NCBI GenBank assembly: GCA_963817955.1
Contig: CAWFQK010000007.1
Coordinates: 96,001-160,000 of the forward strand
Source: an uncultured Gemmatimonadaceae bacterium
GTDB lineage: Bacteria > Gemmatimonadota > Gemmatimonadetes > Gemmatimonadales > Gemmatimonadaceae
DNA length: 64,000 nt
Reading direction: 5' to 3'
The translations under genes were made by a program, and so were the position numbers. This document shows, piece by piece, positions 59,590 to 64,000 of this stretch; the first letter of the stretch is position 1; each line of letters begins with the position of its first letter. The notes beneath the pieces were generated by a model, which saw only the letters and a program-made list of their open reading frames with translations, was not told where the DNA came from and made no database searches.

Positions 59590-60528
59590 ATGGAAACACC
59601 CGAGCTGTCGCAAGCGCACAGGTCAATCCCGCGCACGATCACCCCGTCATCCAGCTCGAGGGCCACGGACGCGTCGGTGCTGCTGCGCTTTCCGTTGAAG
59701 GACCACGAGCTCGAGCACTTGGTGCGAATGGCCCTTCAGGAGGATGGTGCGTTCAATGATCTGACGACGATCGCCACCGTGGTATCCGATCGTCGTTCGC
59801 GTGCCACTCTTGTCGCGCGTCAAGCAGGCGTCATCTGCGGCGTTCCGCTTGGACTCGAGGCGTTCCGTCAGCTCGACGCCAAAGCGTCCATTCGTGTCGA
59901 GCATGAAGACGGAACGCACGTCGCGGCTGGCGAGCCGGTGCTGTTCGTCACGGGCCATGCGCACGGCCTGCTTTCCGCCGAGCGAGTGGCCTTGAATTAC
60001 ATGCAGCGCTTGTCGGGCATCGCCACGATCACCGCGCGCTACGTCGAGGCCGTGAAGGGCACCAAGGCGAAGATTCTCGATACGCGCAAGACGACGCCAG
60101 GATGGCGCTTACTGGAGAAGTACGCCGTGCGCGCCGGTGGCGGCATGAATCATCGGATGGATCTCTCCACAGGTGTGTTGATCAAGGACAACCACCTGGC
60201 GGCGCTCGATGGCGATGTGGCGAAGGCCGTCGGTCGCGCGCGCGAACTTGCGCCGAAAGACGTGAAGATCGAGGTGGAGTGTGATCGCATCGAGCAGGTA
60301 CAAAGTGCGGCGGAGGCGGGTGCCGACATCATTCTGCTCGACAATATGCCGCCGGCCAGGATGGCCGATTGCGTGAAGATGGTGAGCGGCCGCGCGATTC
60401 TCGAAGCATCGGGTGGCGTGAACCTCGGCACGGTGCGCGCGATTGCAGAGACGGGCGTCGACTGGATTTCCATTGGCGCTCTCACGCACTCCGCGCCATC
60501 AATGGACCTCGCACTCGACTTTGAGTGA
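59590..60528 (+). CDS. nadC: Quinolinate phosphoribosyltransferase
   Basis: DTRKTTPG; LIKDNH; EASGG; SIGALTHS. Confidence 0.95.
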   Translation: METPELSQAHRSIPRTITPSSSSRATDASVLLRFPLKDHELEHLVRMALQEDGAFNDLTTIATVVSDRRSRATLVARQAGVICGVPLGLEAFRQLDAKASIRVEHEDGTHVAAGEPVLFVTGHAHGLLSAERVALNYMQRLSGIATITARYVEAVKGTKAKILDTRKTTPGWRLLEKYAVRAGGGMNHRMDLSTGVLIKDNHLAALDGDVAKAVGRARELAPKDVKIEVECDRIEQVQSAAEAGADIILLDNMPPARMADCVKMVSGRAILEASGGVNLGTVRAIAETGVDWISIGALTHSAPSMDLALDFE

Positions 60529-61982
60529 CGTACCATTTCGACATGGGTGCGGCGGTCCGCCGGGTGTTGCTGGCGGCACAGTTCGAACCCGAGCTCAGTC
60601 CGGCGGCCACGCAACAACTCGACCGGATTGCCGCGCCGGCGCCCATGGACTCGGCCACCAGAGACCTGCGGACACTGCCGTGGTCGTCGATCGACAACGA
60701 CGAATCGCGCGACCTCGATCAAGTCGAGGTCGCTGAACGGACGTCCGACGGGTCCATTCGGCTCATCGTCGGCATTGCCGATGTGGACGCGCTCATTTCC
60801 AAGGGGTCGCCGCTCGATGACCATGCGCACGCCAACTGCACGTCCGTCTACACGGGCGTGGCTGTCTTTCCCATGTTGCCGGAGAAGCTCTCGACCGGCC
60901 TGACCTCCCTCAACGAACATGAGGATCGGGTAGCGATCGCTATCGAGACCGTGGTGAATGCGGACGGTGATGTGGTGTCATACGACGTGTACCGCGCCGT
61001 GGTGAGGAACCAGGCGCAGCTGGCCTACGATGAAGTTGGCGCCTGGATGGATGGCGGCGCGCCCCCGAAGAAAGTCGCCGGCAACGCGATGCTGCTCGGC
61101 CAGCTCACGTTGCAATACGAGGCGTCGAAGCGGCTCAAGGCGGAACGGCTGCGCAACGGCGCGCTGGAACTCGGCACGATCGAAGCGACACCCGTCGTGC
61201 AGAACGGCCATATCGTGAACCTCAAGGTCGTGCAGAAGAACCACGCGCGCGATCTCATTGAGGATTTCATGATCGCCAGCAACGTGGCGATCGCCAAATA
61301 TCTCGAAGCGCAAGGGCGCTCCGGCATCCGACGGGTCGTGCGTGAGCCGGAGCGCTGGGGCCGCATCGTCGAGCTGGCATCGCGCTTCGGGTTCCCACTT
61401 CCCGCCGAGCCGGACTCGCTCGCGTTGGCACAGTTCCTCGTGGCGCGTCGATCCGCCGATCCCGACCGTTTTCCCGATCTGTCGCTGTCGATCGTGAAGT
61501 TGATGGGGCCGGGCATCTACGCGCTCGACCTGCCTGGCAAGGATCCAGGCGGCCATTTCGGTCTGGCGACGCACGACTACTCGCACGCCACGGCACCCAA
61601 TCGCCGCTATGCCGACCTCGTCACGCAGCGTCTAGTCAAGTCCGCGCTCGCCAAGACGACCGCGCCGTATACCAACGAGGCACTGACCGAGATCGCGGCG
61701 CGATGCACCCAGCGCGAAGATGCCGAGAACAAGCTCGAGCGCACCGTCCGCAAGATTGCTGCGGCGCTCATCCTCAGCGATCGCATTGGCGAGACGTTCG
61801 ACGCCATCGTCACCGGAGCCAATGAGAAAGGCACGTTCGTACGCACCTTTCACCCGCCTGCCGAAGGCATGGTCGTACGCAACCACCAGGGATTTGACGT
61901 CGGCGACAAGGTACGCGTGAAGCTCGTGGCAGCCGACCCCGGCAAGGGTTTCATCGACTTCGAGGGCCAGGGCCAGCGATAG
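60525..61982 (+). CDS. RNB-domain (RNase II/R-like) exoribonuclease, short form
   Basis: SIDNDESRDLDQ; HFGLA...HATAPNRRYADL; C-terminal S1-like domain. Confidence 0.88.
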   Translation: MTYHFDMGAAVRRVLLAAQFEPELSPAATQQLDRIAAPAPMDSATRDLRTLPWSSIDNDESRDLDQVEVAERTSDGSIRLIVGIADVDALISKGSPLDDHAHANCTSVYTGVAVFPMLPEKLSTGLTSLNEHEDRVAIAIETVVNADGDVVSYDVYRAVVRNQAQLAYDEVGAWMDGGAPPKKVAGNAMLLGQLTLQYEASKRLKAERLRNGALELGTIEATPVVQNGHIVNLKVVQKNHARDLIEDFMIASNVAIAKYLEAQGRSGIRRVVREPERWGRIVELASRFGFPLPAEPDSLALAQFLVARRSADPDRFPDLSLSIVKLMGPGIYALDLPGKDPGGHFGLATHDYSHATAPNRRYADLVTQRLVKSALAKTTAPYTNEALTEIAARCTQREDAENKLERTVRKIAAALILSDRIGETFDAIVTGANEKGTFVRTFHPPAEGMVVRNHQGFDVGDKVRVKLVAADPGKGFIDFEGQGQR

Positions 61983-61983
61983 C

Positions 61984-63576
61984 TCAGGCTCGGGGCTCGC
62001 GCCACTCCACGTCGTCCTTTTCGATCAGCTCGTCGGCTTCCCGGGGACCCCAGCTGCCGGCGGCGTAGGTCGGCATACGTTTGGGCATGTGTGATTCCCA
62101 ATATTGAATGAGCGGATCGATGACACGCCACGCCGCTTCCACCTCGTCGCTGCGGGTGAACAGCGTCGCTTCGCCGATCATCACATCGAGCAAGAGTGTC
62201 TCGTACGCCGGCGCCGCCACCTCGCCGAATGCCTCGGCGTAGTTGAACTCCATGCCCACCGGCGCGATCTCCACCTTCGACGTCAGCGCCACCGCAGCGC
62301 CGGGTACCTTCACCTCGAAGTTCAGCGACACGCCCTCGTTTGGCTGCACGCGCATGACGAGCGTGTTGGGTCGCATCGACTCGCTCGTCTGCTGCCCAAA
62401 CATGAGATGCGGCGGGGTTCGGAACTGTACCGCGATCTCGGAGACCCGTCTGGCGAGCCGCTTGCCAGAGCGCAGGTAGAACGGAACACCATTCCATCGC
62501 CAGTTGTCGACGAACAATCGCACCGCGGCGAAGGTCGGCACGCTCGAGTCGGGCGAGACGTTCGGTTCTTCGACATATCCTGGCACTGCCTTGCCACCGA
62601 TCGTACCTGCGGTGTATTGCGCGCGCACGGCGTTGTGCGGAATCGTCTCCGAGGACATCCATCGAATGGATTTGAGCACCTTCACTTTCTCGTCGCGCAC
62701 CGCGTTCGCCGTCATCAGCGGCGGTGGCTCCATGGCCGTGAGACTGAGCAACTGCAGGAGATGGTTCTGGAACATGTCGCGTACGACGCCCGCTTCTTCG
62801 TAGTACTTCCCCCGCCCTTCGACGCCGACATTCTCCGCCGCCGTGATCTGGACGTGATGAATCCATTGGCGGTTCCAGATCGGCTCGAAGATCGAGTTGG
62901 CGAACCGAAGCACGAGCACGTTCTGGACGGTCTCCTTGCCCAAATAGTGATCGATGCGATACGTCTGATGCTCGGCGAACAACCCGAGTACGAGGTCGTT
63001 CAGCTCCTGCGCGCTCTCGAGGCTCCGTCCAAACGGCTTCTCGATCACGATTCGCGCCCATGGCCGTTCATCTGCCGTGCGCGTGCGCGGCGCCAACCCG
63101 CTGTTCGAGAGATTGCGCACGATCGGCGCGAAGACGCTTGGGGGCAGTGCCAGGTAGAAGAGCCGATTGCGGGCGTCTGGTTCCCGGCTCTTTTCAATTT
63201 GCTCCAGTCGCTGCCCGATCAGGTGGTACTCGTCCGGGTTGCTCAGGTCCGCCGAGACATACGCGAGGCGTTTGCAGAGGTCCTGCCAGAGTGCCTCGTC
63301 CACCCCGTGGATCTCGTCTGAATCCGCGAGCGCTTTTTGCATCATCTCGCGGAAGGTGTCGTCAGTCTCCTTTTCGCGGCCAACGCCCAACACGGCGAAC
63401 TGCTCGTTCACGAGATGCTGTTTCATCAGCTCGTAGACGGCCGGCAGCAGCTTGCGGCGACTCAGATCACCGAACGCTCCAAAGATGATCATCGTGCACG
63501 CATCGGCACGGTTGTGTACCGCCGCATGGATCGGCGTCGTCGGGCGCGGCGAAACCGTCGGGCCAGGGCCCGTCAT
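61984..63576 (-). CDS. zwf: Glucose-6-phosphate dehydrogenase
   Basis: IFGAFGDL; RIDHYLGKE; DMFQNHLLQ; start MTGPG coupled to the gnd stop. Confidence 0.95.
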   Translation of the reverse strand: MTGPGPTVSPRPTTPIHAAVHNRADACTMIIFGAFGDLSRRKLLPAVYELMKQHLVNEQFAVLGVGREKETDDTFREMMQKALADSDEIHGVDEALWQDLCKRLAYVSADLSNPDEYHLIGQRLEQIEKSREPDARNRLFYLALPPSVFAPIVRNLSNSGLAPRTRTADERPWARIVIEKPFGRSLESAQELNDLVLGLFAEHQTYRIDHYLGKETVQNVLVLRFANSIFEPIWNRQWIHHVQITAAENVGVEGRGKYYEEAGVVRDMFQNHLLQLLSLTAMEPPPLMTANAVRDEKVKVLKSIRWMSSETIPHNAVRAQYTAGTIGGKAVPGYVEEPNVSPDSSVPTFAAVRLFVDNWRWNGVPFYLRSGKRLARRVSEIAVQFRTPPHLMFGQQTSESMRPNTLVMRVQPNEGVSLNFEVKVPGAAVALTSKVEIAPVGMEFNYAEAFGEVAAPAYETLLLDVMIGEATLFTRSDEVEAAWRVIDPLIQYWESHMPKRMPTYAAGSWGPREADELIEKDDVEWREPRA

Positions 63577-64000
63577 GATTTCTTCACGGCGTGGCCGCCA
63601 AATTCGTTTCGCAGAGCGGCAATGACCTTCGCGCCGAACGAATCGGTCTGTCGCGAGCGAAACCGTGTCTGCAGCGACAGCGTGATCACCGGCGCGGGCA
63701 CGTCGAGGTCGATTGCCTCCTGCACGGTCCATCGTCCCTCGCCGGAATCCGCCACCCAGCCCTTGATGTCGTCGAGGGCTGGATCGTGCGCGAAGGCTGC
63801 GGCGGCGAGCTCGTTGAGCCACGAACGCACGACGCTGCCATGCTGCCAGACGTTCGCGATCTGCGTCATGTCGAGTTTCGGGAAGATCTTCGACGCGTGC
63901 AGGATCTCGTAGCCCTCGGCGTAGGCTTGTAGCATGCCGTATTCGATGCCGTTGTGAACCATCTTCACGTAGTGTCCCGCGCCGGTCGGCCCGACGTGCG
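63573..64000 (-). CDS. gnd: 6-phosphogluconate dehydrogenase (decarboxylating), 3' part only
   Basis: GHYVKMVHNGIEYG; DSGEGRWT; LRNEFGGH; truncated by the window edge. Confidence 0.93.
   Translation of the reverse strand, partial: HVGPTGAGHYVKMVHNGIEYGMLQAYAEGYEILHASKIFPKLDMTQIANVWQHGSVVRSWLNELAAAAFAHDPALDDIKGWVADSGEGRWTVQEAIDLDVPAPVITLSLQTRFRSRQTDSFGAKVIAALRNEFGGHAVKKS

Overview
GC-rich bacterial chromosomal window; gene content and protein style suggest Gemmatimonadota (inference, not verified). 1-14.1 kb is a flagellar and chemotaxis cluster: a long fliD, fliS, a fliT-like gene, a second fliS-like gene, flgM, cheY, a cheZ-like gene, cheA, cheW, MCP, cheR, cheD, a second cheY, cheX and cheB, with five sigma28-type promoters. 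The rest is housekeeping and signalling: LytS/LytTR, Tat amidase, DHDPS-like plus epimerase, osmC, cupin/SDR, mscS, recQ, msrPQ, a THUMP methylase, four more histidine kinases, sucA, PIG-L/SSS, an ANTAR regulator, a metallopeptidase lipoprotein, MFS, a BMP-type ABC transporter, nadBAC, RNB, zwf and partial gnd. The least explained DNA is intergenic. (i) Two inverted copies of a ~300-bp element with perfect 30-34 bp terminal inverted repeats and a conserved, foldable, non-coding ~170-nt core bracket four genes. (ii) A strictly phased array of ~27 degenerate 21-nt units has a stem-loop on its left and a terminator on its right. (iii) Inverted heptamer arrays flank a unique core upstream of nadB. 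Also seen: a miniaturised HAMP hybrid kinase next to a cheR relic, a sufE relic, a 37-aa ORF missed by the ORF track, and many apparently leaderless genes. All calls are by eye from motifs; no database searches or folding programs were run.
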